Shown piece after piece: positions 1-12,900 of a stretch of 64,000 nucleotides of DNA. Origin of the DNA: Phoronis australis (Eukaryota; Animalia; Phoronida); contig NMRA01000274.1 of the NCBI GenBank assembly GCA_002633005.1, forward strand, positions 477,143 through 541,142, given 5' to 3'. The notes under the pieces are model-generated. The model was not told the DNA's origin, searched no databases, and worked only from the letters and a program-made list of their open reading frames with translations. Each line of letters opens with the position of its first letter. The first letter of the stretch is position 1. A program made the translations under genes and the position numbers.

Positions 1-3000
1 GCCGCTATTGTCAATAAACTTGAGGTGAGTGTGCCTATTTAAAATCTTACTCGTATTACAAATGAAATTGTTTTTATAATTAATTGTCTTGTCTCGTCTC
101 GTCTTGTTGGCTGATGCTGTGTTAAAAGTATTATTTGTTTGGTCAAGTTTGTATCATTGTGCAAATTATTAAAAGCATTTTTGTTGCCAACTTGTGCTCT
201 GTACTTTCAATAATAATTCAGTTCATAATATCTAGAACAATGTCTCATGGTGCTCACTCACTGGTGGGAAAAGGTGTCTAACTTCCTTGTTCTGCTTTGG
301 AGTGGCAGCCACTCTAAAGTTAGGTGAATCATAATCCAGGGGTGTGTCCAATTGATATTTCTCGAACGACATGTCAGGGCCCTCTCTCGCTGAGGAGAAA
401 TGTCCTAAAACTTCTGAATCTGCAATGTTTGTTTGTTTGTCTGCTATGGGTTGATAAACACTCCAGAATTACCCGAATAATGATAACTAATAGGTGACAA
501 AATTTGTTCGACAGTCACAGCTCTCTTAAGAAACGTTGTCGTGTTAATTACAGGGTCACATTACGAAGGACATCCCCAAGATTTTCGACGCCGTCTTCGA
601 GTGTACGCTAGAGATGATCAACAAAGACTTTGAGGAGTACCCGGAGCATAGGACCAACTTCTTCCTGCTCCTGCAGGCTGTCAACTCACACTGCTTCAAG
701 GGTGAGCCACTCCTCCCCGTTGGTGCTGCCCCCATTTGGGGTTAGAATTCATATCAGACTGATGAGATCACTTGTCATCTGATCTCATCAGTCTGATACC
801 AGTCCTATCACCATTCGCAGTATCATTCTTGGAAAACTGCTTGATCACTTATTGTTAATCAGCGATGAGAAGTCGCATCAGTTATCACGATTGACGGTAA
901 ACCTTACCTGGAAAATTATATCAGCCACTAATATTGAATTCTTATCAGCTAGTCATATTATATCATATTCTGCTCATATGAATTCATGTAAAAATTGTTC
1001 ATTATCAGTGATCAGTGAAAATTGGTTGTGCGCAAGGGCCCTTTTGTTTTGAATACATTTCTTATTGAGTGATAGTCCTTCAGCAAAATAGTAACCTTGC
1101 CCTGCTTTTCCTGGTGTGTTGAGAAACTCACAGTGGACTCCCTCTGTACGTTATTGTCAATACTTTCAGCCTTCCTCAACATCCCACCAACTCAGTTTAA
1201 GCTGGTGCTCGACTCCATCATCTGGGCATTCAAGCACACTATGCGTAACGTGGCAGACATTGGCTTGCAGATTCTCCATAACCTTCTACAGAACATTGCC
1301 GAGGAGCATGTTAATGACGCCCAAAGCTTCTACCAGACTTTCTACACGGACATCCTGCAACATCTGTTCTCTGTGGTCACCGACAGTTCTCACACGGCCA
1401 GTAAGTAGTCGCTTTGCGATTTTCTTGACAATTGGTCAGGGAGGTCCGGTCAAACACGCCTGGGTTTGACCAGAAACAATAGATTGTCAGTTTCGGAGAT
1501 AGAACCAGCATTAGATAGCTGAAGTTTAGTAAATATTCAATTCTTTCGCTTACAAAGAATTGATCAAAATATTTCATTTGAATGTTTTTATTAGACTGCA
1601 AACATGTTTCAAAATAAAATTCCACTCGTCCGCCATGTTGCACATTCACTATGTAAAGAGTTACCCTAAGTGGGTGCACTGCGCTGAGTATATTTCAAGG
1701 TCCCCCCATTGCTCAAGTGGTCTTGATGACATGTTCCTAACTGCTGTGTCCTGATGCTACCTACAGGTCTGACGATGCACGCTACCATTCTGTCGTACAT
1801 GGTCAGCCTTGTGGAGATGAACAAGATCACGGTGCAGCTGACTGCCAACCAGACGGAGTCCAATGAGGTGTTTGTCCGTATGTTCCTCGCTAACCTGCTC
1901 AAGGCTGCCTTCCCCCATCTCAACGAGTAAGTGTCTGTGGTGCCCGTCTGTAGAAAAGTGTCGCGTGTTAGGGTTAACGTCAGAAACTGAATGTAACGCT
2001 ATTATGCGCACATCTGAGGTGTTGATGTGTAATAAAGATGCGAGTGGTTGGGGAGCTTTTAAGTTTCTTCTCTGTCGACAAATTGACTAGTTATGGACTG
2101 TTGTGTGCTCTGATCACGTGTTGTTGTCTTTGTAGAACTCAGATAAAGCTGGTGATTGAAGGTCTATTCAGCTTCAACCAGGACATCCCAGCTTTCAAAG
2201 AGCACTTGCGGGACTTCTTGGTTCTCATCAGGGTAAGAAATTAATGCTGATTGTTTTTTCGCGTAAAGAACCTCAAAGACTTTATCGAAACTTAAACGAG
2301 TCTGAGAGGAATTTTTTTATGACACTCGTCCTAAATTCTATTGGGGCTGTAAAGCCAATACACAGACTGGCTAATGAATAGAAATCACAATTCATGAAAG
2401 AAAATACTACTGCTTAGCACTATTTTGACAGATACATTCATTTTCATGTAGCTTCTTGGCATCATTGTTAGTAGAACATCGCAGTCTGATATTACACATT
2501 AGGTTATCCATGAGGATTTATTTCTCCTACGGAAAATTGCCGACATTAATATTATTGGGTAGATAAGGTTCAATTTGTCCATTCAGAGAGTTGTTGGGTT
2601 GACATAATTGTCCAATGACAACAAAATTGACAGTAGAGGTGCCATTAAGTGTGTTTGATGCCTCAAGACCACTGCAAATGGATAGCTGTGAGTCGAGTTG
2701 TCTGCCTCAAGTGATGTACAGCTCAGCTCATAGGTTGATGTGGGCTATCCGCACACAGTGAGACAGAATGCTCAATGACCTGATAACTGCATGACTGTGT
2801 AGTTCTCGATATAAATGTACTCGCAGATGCTATGTTGTCAAGTGATGCAATAATTTTCATCGGGTACCATAAGTGATTGGCTAAGCTCACCTTGCGTTCA
2901 TGTTGTGATTATTTAGGTTTGTCAGGCAAAAGAAATGCAACAATCGAGACATTTACTCACCACCTTTTTACTGCAAACAGGACCTGTGAGCAGAACTAAT

Positions 3001-3416
3001 TTTTTTATTGTCGGCGTGTACCTCTCCGTCGGCGATGACCCGTAGCATACAGTTTGTAAAAGTGATACGCTTCTATTGTTCTGCTCTTGCCAGTTGGTCA
3101 AGTGCTCGACAGGTACCCTTAATAATGTCATTGAATTCCGATGCTTGTTTTGGTGCTCCTATTTTTAAACATTTGAACGTGATATTCTACGTATATCCTC
3201 GAGTTGGAATATTTTTATGTTTTTGTTTTGTTTTGTTTTGTCTTCCAAAATGCCATTCACGTGTTTTAGGAGGTCGCCGGTGATGACAACAGTGATTTGT
3301 TCCTGGAGGAGCGTGAGGTGCAGATCAAGCAGGCAAAGGAGGAGAAGCGAAAGCTGCAGATGCAAGTACCTGGAATTCTGGGGCCTCACGAGGTGCCAGA
3401 GGAGATGCAGGACTAG
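1..3416 (+). CDS. XPO1: Exportin-1 (CRM1), 3' part; exons <1-24, 554-701, 1170-1400, 1767-1926, 2136-2232, 3270-3416
   Basis: Exons joined at GT-AG sites in consistent phase give AAIVNKLE-GHITKDIPKIFDAVFECTLEMINKDFEEYPEHRTNFFLLLQAVNSHCFK-AFLNIPPTQFKLVLDSIIWAFKHTMRNVAD...QSFYQTFYTDILQHLFSVVTDSSHTA-SLTMHATIL...AFPHLNE-TQIKLVIEGLFSFNQDIPAFKEHLRDFLVLIR-EVAGDDNSDLFLEERE...VPGILGPHEVPEEMQD*. This matches the highly conserved CRM1 C-terminus. Stop TAG at 3414-3416. Confidence 0.98.
752..798. repeat. Perfect 19-bp inverted repeat with a 9-nt loop in an XPO1 intron
   Basis: TATCAGACTGATGAGATCA-CTTGTCATC-TGATCTCATCAGTCTGATA. Confidence 0.9.
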
Positions 3417-5921
3417 TCCTGACTCCCCGGGCGAGGGGGACTGGCACTCGTCTGCTGTGATTTGTCATTTCTTCTTGGTAGTTTGCACATTGTTCAGTAC
3501 TTGACACTCAGCTGTGGATCACTGGGCTGCGCAGTATTACTGATCACACGAGGCTATAGTTGCGGATCTAGTATCTAGAAGTCCGCAGCTCAACCTCAGG
3601 CGTCTACTCGCACGTACGTACCTGTGCTTCTGGTCCCTGGGTCCGGAGGACATCGCTGTGCCAGAGCAGGCTCCACAGCTCTGTAAGTCATACTGCTGTC
3701 GCCATGGATGGTGCTAAAACCATTATACATCAACTCGCACGTTTCTAGCCATGTTTAATCGTCCTTGTGAAAATCATGTGCATCCGTCTCCCGTCCACCT
3801 TGCTCCTTTCATACTGGCCTGTAGAAACACCATTGTCATTCTGTATATAGAGTATCAGAACCCCGTAACGCCGACATTGTCGCTCATGTTCGTTCATCCT
3901 CGTCTTGATCTGAACATCCAGTTTGCCGTCGGCCTCGCACTGCTGAGTGAGTGCCCCACGAGCGTGCCAGTCATTTCACGTCATTAACCCTAGTTTAGCT
4001 GTTAGTCGTCTGGTGCGCTCGTAGTTGTCGTTGTCGTTTCATATCCAATGTAGCGAATGTTTGTTTACACCAGTGTATGTGTGAGTGCGCGCGATTACTG
4101 GGTCTTCTTGTTTTGGTATTGGTGTACCTAATCAGCTCGGAGAGAAAGTTAGTTTGAATGCTGTCCTGTGAATTCATCAGAAGTGAATGTTTCTAGTTAT
4201 GAGATGAATGGCGGTTGATGCCTTTTCAAAGGATTATTTTGTATGTTTTAGCATAAGACATCATTTTTGCTTGTTAAGAACAGCTAAGGTTTGTTTGAAT
4301 TTTATCACGTTTTGGTCTATGGTAAATTAACTTCTAAGAAACTATGCTCATTTAATTAATATTAGCATTCAGCATGTGTGTCCATGATAAATCACTCATT
4401 TACAGTTGGTAATTTAGTCGTTGTGTGGTTACATTACATCAGTGTTAATTTTTGTATTGTGGAGTTTCACACTTTTATTTTACAAATGTGGACCAATCTC
4501 AAGGGTGGGGTCCATATGAACTGATGTGCCGGAGGGATTGGACTTCTGTTTTATTATTCGACCACTGAATGTTTCTTTTCCCTGATTTTTTGTCTCTTCT
4601 AAGATTGGCAAGTTCCTGCCTGGTTTCATGTACTCTCATGGTCTGGATTTGTCTTCATAGTCAGGAGTTCATAGTTTCTGCTGCCGTGTAATTTATCAGA
4701 TCACAAGCAGTGACACCTGATGTCCGAGCAGCATACTTGAAAAGCGATATTCCATTGCTAACCAATCAGAGAACATAAGTATCGGTGGATATGTCGTAAT
4801 ACCTCAAAGGAAGTTATCGTGCTGCATTTTAGGCAATCAAGGGACAGAAGTACAAGTGGTCATGTAATAATCTTGAATAACTGTTTAGGCAGACCGTGTT
4901 ACAACAGGAAGTTCCATTTCACACGTCCTAAGCCAACTGTTGTATACACATTGCTTTGGTTACAGCAAATGTTTTAGAATAGTCCCGGGGAGGGCTTGTA
5001 GCGCTGTGTGACTGTTATGTTCTTTGTGAAATTGAAAAATAAGTGCTATCTGCCTTCTGAATTTTAGTGAAGTTATTTGAATTGTACTTAATGTTATGTA
5101 GGACCTTGATGAAAAGTCGGTGTTAGTGAAGTATCCGCAAAACTATAGATTTAACTCGGTAAAAGTACATATTTTCTGATAGAAATCTTGGAGAATTGGG
5201 TTCTTTAGTTCACCAATCTGTCCTTAATTGGCTCACAGGACCTCGACTTGTTTGTAAAATGTACAGTGATAGCAAAACATTGGTATAAGTGTTCAGGATG
5301 AAATCTCAAAAAAGCTATCACAGTTTTCTAAATCAATTCATTTTTGTTTCATGAACTTGATTTTTGTCATGAAAATCTTGTCTTATTTTTGACTGCCTCT
5401 CAGCATTTTGAATGACGTAGAATATCGAGTTTCTTCTGAATTCAATCAGCCATTTCTTCAATGTGATGCTCAAAGGTTAGCCAGATTTGGACATTTTCCT
5501 ATGTTTCTACATAACCTTAAGTGTGTTTCAGATGTGGTCTTAAGAAATTCACTGGCTGTCAGACCAGTTTTGAATTGTTGTGTTCGTCAGTTTTTTCAGT
5601 GCAACCCAAGCAGGGTACTCGGTGAAACTGAAGTAGTGCGCATGTTGTTTTTTTCATCTTTTCCATCACTTGTGCGTGTGACGTTTACAAGTGAGAAAGT
5701 AAGAGACAAAACTGTCGGAATCTTCAGTCACGTTGGCTATGACGAGTTTTGTAGAGTATTATATTTGACGCTTGCAACTAATGCGGTTTGTGTTTCGTGT
5801 ACGTTGTTTCATCACCATTTCTGAATAGCTTCTAGTTTCTTGCATATCGTATAGCTCTTGTCATGTCCATTCATGCATGAGACTCATGTTGTGACTGTAT
5901 TGATCGTTGCTGGTATATTGT

Positions 5922-5927
5922 AATAAA
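5922..5927 (+). terminator. Candidate XPO1 polyadenylation signal (AATAAA), implying a 3' UTR of about 2.5 kb
   Basis: Canonical AATAAA after a long T/GT-rich non-coding stretch downstream of the stop. Not verified by transcript data. Confidence 0.5.
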
Positions 5928-6981
5928 ATTATTTCAAGTCCGATCTCGTTATATTCCTGTTAATGACCAGCATGAGTAAACTCTTCTTGCTGGAGTACTA
6001 GTCTCGTCTCCACACTGTTGCGGTGTTCCCTTGATGGCAAATGCGTGGTTTTGTAAACATCCCGCATTTTCATGCTTAATGCCATAAAACTAACCATGTA
6101 AAACAGTAATAATGAGGTGCTTGCAACCTGCTTGATGGCACAAGTCAGACAGTGGAATCACTATAAATGTCTGCAATCCATTGTGAGGTTCTCGGTCCAT
6201 AAACTGCTTTATACTCTCGGACCAGTCAGAGATCCTTTGCTCATAGAAGCATATGCGAGCACTGAGCACCCTCTAGTGACTCACTCCCAACTGTTTGTTT
6301 TCTCATAATGCACTTGTACATCAGTCCGCAATAATGTAATGAAGGGTTAAAAGACAGCGCGGGTCAGTAGTTCGAGGTGTGGACTCCTACACGTACTATG
6401 GAGACTTAAAATCCTGGCTAACATTGGCAGACAGAACACTGCACAATCTCCTACTCTTCTAAGCTCGGTCTTAGTACTGAATGTATGCAAGGTAGTGAAT
6501 GAAAACTCGAAAGTGATCTCGGCGGGAGTTCTAATATTAAACTGGCCAAAATAGTCACGCAACATTGCTCGTTTTGCATGTACAGTAGTAAAACTTGTAC
6601 AAATTAGACATGCATACGGTAAAATATCACCAACTTCACATAAAATAATTGTAAAATTGTTCTTTTTTCATATTCAAAAGCTGCAAACATTGTTCCAAAT
6701 GACCACAATTTCCCAAAACATTGTCTGGTGATTGATATGGTAGTGCTACTCATATTTTATGGAAAAACATTTCACACATGTCAGCTATATTGTGCTCTTG
6801 GTAACACTCTACGGCCGGGTTTTCCTTCGACTGACACACATCAACAGTACAATAACTGTTTTAGTTAGTGCACTTGGCCCTTCCGATGTGCTGAATTTTG
6901 CCAGCTTGGATGAAATCTGACAAAACTGGAGCATCTTTTTCCAGCAACTAAACACACGGGATACCGTACATACCTTCCATT

Positions 6982-9900
6982 TTAACTAGTAGTTAACAAT
7001 TGTTCATATAATTCTGAACAAAGACCACACTTTTCCAGCATTGACTTAATGCTCTCACAGTCAGTTACCCATTCCGCAAGCCATTCCTTTTGAGCTAAAC
7101 TGGAGCACTTCAGCGCCAATATTATGGCAGCCAACTCCTTTGTATCTTTCTCATACATTGGAGTTTGTGTAAAGGCAGTTGCCAGACTATATGTTCTAAA
7201 GGATTCCAACTTCATATCCAGTTGTTCCTTCAGAGATTTTCTCAGTGGAGTAACAATGGAAACCAGCGAGTCTATCTGGGATGAGGACAGGTCCCATGTT
7301 AGGCAGTCAAAGTATTTCTGACTCTGTTTGCACAGTATTCTTATGAAATCAATCTTGTCGAAGTATGTGTTAATCTCTCCTCTGTCAAACAGTCTCACCT
7401 CCTGCTCCTAAAATAAAAGTTTAACTTGGATAAAAATAGCTTGCACAACAAGCAGAAAGCATACAAGTCAGACATCCAGTAAGAGAATTAATTCGCAAAA
7501 GTTCTTCACAGTATCGTTTTCGCATCTTGCACATAATTTCCAGATACTAACAAGTATCGTAAATGTGAGTCTGGTGAAAAAATAGGGACCGTAGTAACAA
7601 GTCTGTACGTTTTTCTTAAACTCAGAAAAAAAAAATTCTGAAAGAAAAAAGCCTTTAGAATTTCATTTTTTACTTTTTATCAATCTGCCATTAATTGAAA
7701 CACGTGGCTATGTCTTTTTAGTGAAATTCATAAAGGTACGTTGATAGCAAGAAATCTCAAAAATGTTACAGTTTTCTAAATTATCATTTTGTTTTCGTTT
7801 TATGCACAGTCTAAAAGTATTTTATAGAAATTATCTCAATAAAAAAGACTGCACCTTTGCTCAAGCAAGCAGGGCTTGGAATTTTCCGCGGAAACGCGGA
7901 TTTCCGCTTTTTTCAAATGTGCTTTCCGCTTTTTTTATAATATTTCCGCGTAAAATAATCGGATTTGATATAAAATTTCCGCGGCAAATTCCTTCCTTAC
8001 CGCGGCGTTGCAGACGACGTTCACCTCGAAAAGCGGTTGCTCTTTATGTTTCGGAGGAACGTAAATTGTCAACATTGCCGGGGCATCTGGGACAGCGTGG
8101 TGTGATTTTCAATGGCGGCTCGAGTTATTGTTAAGCGCGGCGACAAATACTACCGCTCTGCAGCGAAAAATGTGTGGGTTGGGAGAAGACGGGCGAGCTA
8201 AAAGGACGATTTTTGTCGGAAAGGTTCTCATTGACCATTTCAAGGCTGGTTATCGGGCATGCTTTGGGCCGTAAATGTTTCCGCGTTTTTTGTCATTGGT
8301 CATTCCAAGCCCTGAGCAAGTGAGATTTAATAATTTTTCGTATAGTTGATGTAATGGCTTTCCAACCTCATCCGTAGCAGGACATCACCAATACCTCAGT
8401 ATCCTCTAAATCCCTGAACATCTCTCCCCTCACAGCATCAAGTAACGTCCCGTAGCCTTGTACCCCTCGCTTAGAAATGGTGGTATTGACAAAGTACTCC
8501 ACCCATTTCTCAAGCGCCAGAGTCGGCTGGCTTTGACAGGCAGCGCTAATCTCTTTCACATCAAGATCCTCATCTTGTAGACTTCCCATAGTAAGTGTCC
8601 ACAGTGAGTTTTTCGTGATGTCTGTTGAAGATAAAACTGACATGATTAACAAAATGAAAAGATTAACCATGTGTTTCGTATTTCAAAAATGAGAAAAAAA
8701 AAACCAATTCATTAAATACAGTCCGTTTCAAAATTATAAGGATAACTACATTTTACTTACAAAACCATGTACGACCTGACACATTCTAATGGATCACAAT
8801 TAGAAAGTAGATGCTTTGGGGTTTATTTTTCTATCCCTTCAATGCAATTTTGTATGTAATTTTTAAGTGACACGAGAGTAAAAATGTCTGTACATTGGCT
8901 ATGCTGCCAACAAGAAGTGTTTAAAAATTCTCTTTTTAAGTTATTCTTATTTAAAATGTGTAGCCACCCTATATGAACACTTTAAGTGCCTTCATCTTTT
9001 CTTTTCCATTAAGTATATATCATAAAAGCCTATCTTCAATGGTAACATCTGTAAATTTGGTTCCTACAGTATGTTGAGAGCATCACTCTGAGCCCACTAC
9101 TGCCAGAAATTGCCAAATGTAACGAATTCTTAAGCGTATTGGCTTGCTCTTGTCTACATCACCACAAGAATCCCCTATTAATTCAAACAGCTGCGAATAA
9201 CACCTGCACACAATGGAGTTCTATCCAGACCCCTATTCAGTGCAACCTTTTGCTGTGTGTGCTGGGATCTCGCGGTGACACAACATGGCACGAAAAGGCA
9301 GCTTCACTTATCACTTGACGGGCTTACATTTGCGTGACTGAACTCACGTTTTCTTATTTTACTCCGGCTTTGCTCAGACTATATGGTCAGCCTAATACAT
9401 CTAAAATAACAAAATTCTGTTGAAGTTAGGCTTTACAATAAAATGTTTATTTCAAGAAATCAATCAAAGTAATAGTTTAACATTCATTTATGCAATCAAC
9501 CAAAGTTTTTCATCATCGATTGCCTGGCAGCAAAACTACACCAACACCTGCCTGTATTTTCTTCCTTACCAGAGAGGTCCGACAATATCAGTACAGACTG
9601 AGGCTCCAAACTATGTATCACTGTGGCTGCAGTCTCTCTTGATTCACTGCTTTGTTCATAGGAGGCGCTTTCTTTTAACCAAACACACCAATCTTCCAAA
9701 AGACTGTCAGCTTTTGTACTGATGTCACATTTCTGTAAAAAAATTGACCAATTCTGAGATTATCTCTGCTGTGTTAAATACCGACAATAAAAGTAGATTT
9801 CCAAACTACGTTTAGAAAGAATTCTCAAAATACTATTATTTCTTAAAGAGGCAATTGGTATACATTTTTTAACATTGTCTCGAGAAGTCGAACCTTTTAC

Positions 9901-12900
9901 AAGATTGACACAGTCTCCATGGTTATGACTTTTCCATGATCAGAAATAAATTGGATATCAGTTCCGTCAAGGTCTTCACCAGGGATCAATCCCTTTAAAT
10001 ATTCTTTAAAATGCTCTTATAAGTTTTTGAATTATTGAGAAAAGGACTTGATGTTAAGGACTATCTAACTGTGTTCCACACAGGCATTTATATACTCTAT
10101 AAATATTAAAAAGGATCATTTTTTACCTTTACTGAAGTCTTGTGCTGGAGAACAGCCTCGACAAATCCAGAGGATAACTTCAAAAGTGCACACATAACAT
10201 CGTCCCTGAAACATTAGATCAAATAATCAACAACCTTTTTAGAATTAATGACTAACAAGACAGCTTATTTCCAATTCTACATGTAGTAACAACAAAATCC
10301 AAATTTTAGCGATTAATCACTCAACCGTGCCCAGTAAGTATCGTTGCATGGTGCAGGCTACGTGAGCCCCCAAAGTACGTCATTAGTGCAAAGGTCACCT
10401 ATTTGAAGATTTTTTGTTTTCACATTTACAAGTTGTCAATGAATACAACTGCACTTTGTTTAGCGTAGTTGATATTCAAATACCATTGTTGTTCAGTTCT
10501 TGCTACACACTAGCATAGTCAGGAGTATGCAAATACGTCTTTAAACTGAAGGATTCTTTAAGGAGTGCCTAGAAAAAGAATAAAAACAACGTGAAAGAAA
10601 AAGGAGAATCAGTTCACCTGACATGTCTATGTCTTTGCTCTAATAATTGTTCAAGAACATCTTCGAGGCTCAGTTTCTTAGTGTTGTGTTGCCATGGGAA
10701 CAACCTGTCTACAGGCACCTGGTTAAGAATTACCAGCACCTGAAACACCAACAAGATAATCACTTACAATACAATAACCAATAATGGTATGCAAAGGTTT
10801 GTGGAGTTGAGTAAACTGAATCATGATTGGTGTTTTAACTAAAAGGCCGAAAGTACCCTCAATTCTCCGTGTCATGCCAACATGTGGGTCATGTTTGAAG
10901 TGCAACTGGATCAAGGATTGTGCATACTTGCCAAGCTATTCCTGTGTGTAATGTAACTCTCACCTGCACCAAACATTCCATGTGATTTTCTTCACCAAGA
11001 GCCTTCATCTTCAGAATATCAGTGACAGCTCTACCCAAAATCGACTCATCTGACGTTGAACTGGACTCTTCCGGGGAGCACTCTTCCATGATTTTGTTCA
11101 TGTGTGTCAAAATTTGTAAGCGAACCTCATAGTATGGCGAGCATAGCATCCGTGAGTACAGCTGGTCACATGACCAGATGTTTCTGTTCCGAGTCTGTGT
11201 TAGCATATGACTGACACAAGACTTGAGATACTCAGAGAGCCCAGGATGGATGTTGGCACTCACTAGTGACTTCATGTCATTATGCAAACATACATCCATC
11301 ATATCCAATACTTTTATCATAAATGATGAAGCAAGTTCTCCACAGGATGAAGCCAAAGACAGTAATGTGGTTACGATGTCCACAAAAACTTGGCTCGTAA
11401 CCAAGCATTTGTTGTGCCTGTAAAACACAAAAACTTCAGGAATTTTCATCATATGCCAGCAAAAGCCTGCAAAATTTCAGACCCAACATTTTTTGACAAG
11501 GCGCCCCAATATGCAGCCAATTTTGATACCTTTGAGACCTTCGTCTTATCTGATCATTAATTTGAACCCAATATCATAAACTTTTCTTTTGTTTCACTGA
11601 AATTCCTGAACAATTTTAAATATTTTTTTTCAAAACAAAACAAAGTTAGAAAGTCTACTTATAAAACGATTTCAATCAGATTGGTCATTTGGACGCGAGA
11701 CGTTCTATCTAGGATTTAAAAATTGGGGGTCCAAATTCGTGAGACTGACGAGTCGTGCAAAGCGCAAATCTGAGGCGCGCAGCGCTGATAGGGGGAGGGG
11801 TGGGGGTGGAAGTTGGGGGGAGGTGCGGGTTGGAAGTTGGGGGGAGGTGGGGGAATTCCCCAACCCCGTGAGGAAAAAATTGTTAGTAATACATAAAAAA
11901 GGTCATTTCCTTGCATTTTATTTAGCACACTGTTTGGATGTCTTTTTCTTGTTCAAAGGACGGTACCTAGGGAAACTAAACAAAAATTAGGAGGTTTGTT
12001 CCAATCAGGATGTGTGTATTGTCACTAGGCTGCAAAAATCAAGATCTGTAAATCTTTTTAGTAAGATAATCTATGATAGACAGCATGAGTACAGGACTCA
12101 ATGTATCTTGAAGCTCTCAAAAGAGAAGAGTAAAATGCAGTTGAGAAACCACTTGAAACTGTGAGAAGACAATGAAGTTGCATTCGAAAGGACATGAAGA
12201 AATAAATTCTAGAGTACATGTCTACGTGTCGTTACATCGCACAGTAATGCAATTCACAAATCTACAAAAACAAGACCATATCCTCAACAAATTCACAAAT
12301 CAGTATCTCCAGTGCTCAACAAGGTCAAAAATCTCCGCTGGAAAATAGGAGAGACGGCCTATGTGCACTCGCGCGTGTATACCCGGACTTGGCTTCGTAA
12401 AGGATCGTGACCAAAAAAATAAAACGTCAAAACTCCGTGTTTGAATTTGGCATTCGTATTTTTACGTTTCTTAAACGTTTCTCCGAGCGCTTTACTCGTA
12501 AATTTCACGTCATTTGGCTACGAGCGTAACCAGTAGTCGCCGGGGACATCGTAGTTGTTACGTCTTCTGCAGTGCATTTTAAGTGGACGCTTTGTTGAAT
12601 TGAAACTTACACGGTTGAAAGTCAATCACTGTCTTTCATAGTACGCTACAAGAAATTTATTCTTAAAAAGAACCATTCTTGTCTCGCAGTTTAAGAGGCA
12701 AATCCCCGGCCTGGTTCACAGCCGAAGTAACAGGTGCTGTGCATGTGATTGGCTGACCTACTTTTTTCCACATGCGGCACACAGTGCCACACACAGAGGA
12801 TAAACTCGAATCGCCCAATAATCATGGAATTCCACAATAAGTTGAAGTATTTCGAGGCATTTATTTTCATGCTAAGTTTTTCATTGAATACGTAACCAAC

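Noticed and set aside
25-3269. Intronic snoRNAs in XPO1
   Set aside because: No convincing box C/D pair with terminal stem and suitable spacing, nor an H/ACA fold, was seen by eye. An Infernal/Rfam scan would be needed to exclude them.
5408-5824. 138-aa ORF downstream of XPO1
   Set aside because: Non-ATG start, no motifs, and it lies in the T-rich presumptive 3' UTR.
7763-8134. Arg-rich ORFs 7763-8134 and 18989-19441
   Set aside because: They lie within CpG-rich MITEs and show no transposase or other motifs.
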